This document shows positions 63,482 to 64,000 of a DNA stretch of 64,000 bases, one piece after another; positions within the stretch are counted from its first letter, which is position 1, and every line of letters starts with the position of its first letter. Source of the DNA: an uncultured Gemmatimonadales bacterium (GTDB lineage: Bacteria > Gemmatimonadota > Gemmatimonadetes > Longimicrobiales > RSA9); contig CAVUKA010000003.1 in the NCBI GenBank assembly GCA_963741945.1, positions 256,001 to 320,000 of the forward strand, given 5' to 3'. Position numbers and translations under genes: made by a program. The notes under the pieces are model-generated. The model saw only the letters and a list, made by a program, of their open reading frames with translations. It was not told the origin of the DNA and did not search any database.

Positions 63482-63918
63482 CGCTCCAGGAAGAGCGTCA
63501 CGGGCCCGTCATTGGTCAGCTCCACGTCCATCATCGCCCCGAACTCGCCACTCTCCACGCGCCCCGGGATGCGCGCCCGCAGGATCTCCAGGAACCGCAC
63601 GTACAGGGGGATGGCCACGTCGGGGGGCGCCGCGCCGATGAAGCTGGGACGGCGGCCTTTGCGGGTGTCGCCATAGAGGGTGAACTGGCTGACCACGAGG
63701 AGCGCGCCCTGCACGTCGTCGAGCGCAAGGTTCATCTTGTCATCCTCATCCGCGAACAGGCGGAGCCCCACGATCTTTTCCGCCATCCACGCCAGCGACG
63801 CCTCGTCGTCCTCCTGCGCGAACCCGACGAGCACCACGTAGCCGCGGCCGATGCGCCCCGCGCTCCGGCCGTCGACCCGGACCTCGCCCCGGCTCACACG
63901 CTGCAGGACGACGCGCAC
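63478..63918 (-). CDS. dtd: D-aminoacyl-tRNA deacylase
   Basis: LQRV, VSQFTL, GRRPSF, NDGPVT. Confidence 0.95.
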   Translation of the reverse strand: MRVVLQRVSRGEVRVDGRSAGRIGRGYVVLVGFAQEDDEASLAWMAEKIVGLRLFADEDDKMNLALDDVQGALLVVSQFTLYGDTRKGRRPSFIGAAPPDVAIPLYVRFLEILRARIPGRVESGEFGAMMDVELTNDGPVTLFLER

Positions 63919-63922
63919 CTCG

Positions 63923-64000
63923 CTATTCCACCGTCACCGACTTGGCCAGGTTGCGCGGCTGGTCCACGTGGCACCCGCGCATCACGGCCACGTGATAGGC
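63923..64000 (-). CDS. glmS: Glutamine--fructose-6-phosphate aminotransferase (3' end only)
   Basis: C-terminal AYHVAVMRGCHVDQPRNLAKSVTVE-stop. Confidence 0.92.
   Translation of the reverse strand, partial: AYHVAVMRGCHVDQPRNLAKSVTVE

Overview
High-GC bacterial chromosome window, mostly core genes on the minus strand. Gene content and order suggest Gemmatimonadota (Longimicrobiales-like), which is my inference. From left to right it holds a TolC/MacAB-type efflux operon ending in bshB1; iscS-mnmA; grpE-dnaJ; ffs-dnaX-ybaB-recR-mglBA-pgsA-cinA; SPOR-smc-MBL hydrolase-aroF-yraN; rpsF-rpsR-DUF2232-rplI, rsfS and ychF; prs-rplY-pth-hppA; and a long ispE...hflX-rarA-cca-gmhA-alaS-recA-ltaE-sodA-glpK-maf-dtd-glmS block. 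An accessory region of about 8 kb lies between the 3' end of tRNA-Gln and prs. It carries a DUF433/DUF5615 toxin-antitoxin pair with a triple-repeat operator, a VWA operon behind a PafBC/RecA-NDp-like promoter, a broken HP0729-like gene, an MFS transporter, a pseudogene and an orphan response regulator. Other notable signals are an hflX that appears to start at ATA, sigma-54-type promoters before grpE-dnaJ and sodA, a direct-repeat candidate SOS box at recA, an SRP RNA with a GUGAA loop, a shortened SMC hinge, and a composite inverted/tandem repeat element where recX often sits. Frameshifts in recR and dnaX may be sequencing errors. I found no CRISPR array, rRNA, integrase or transposase. All product calls come from motif recognition by eye; no database searches were run.
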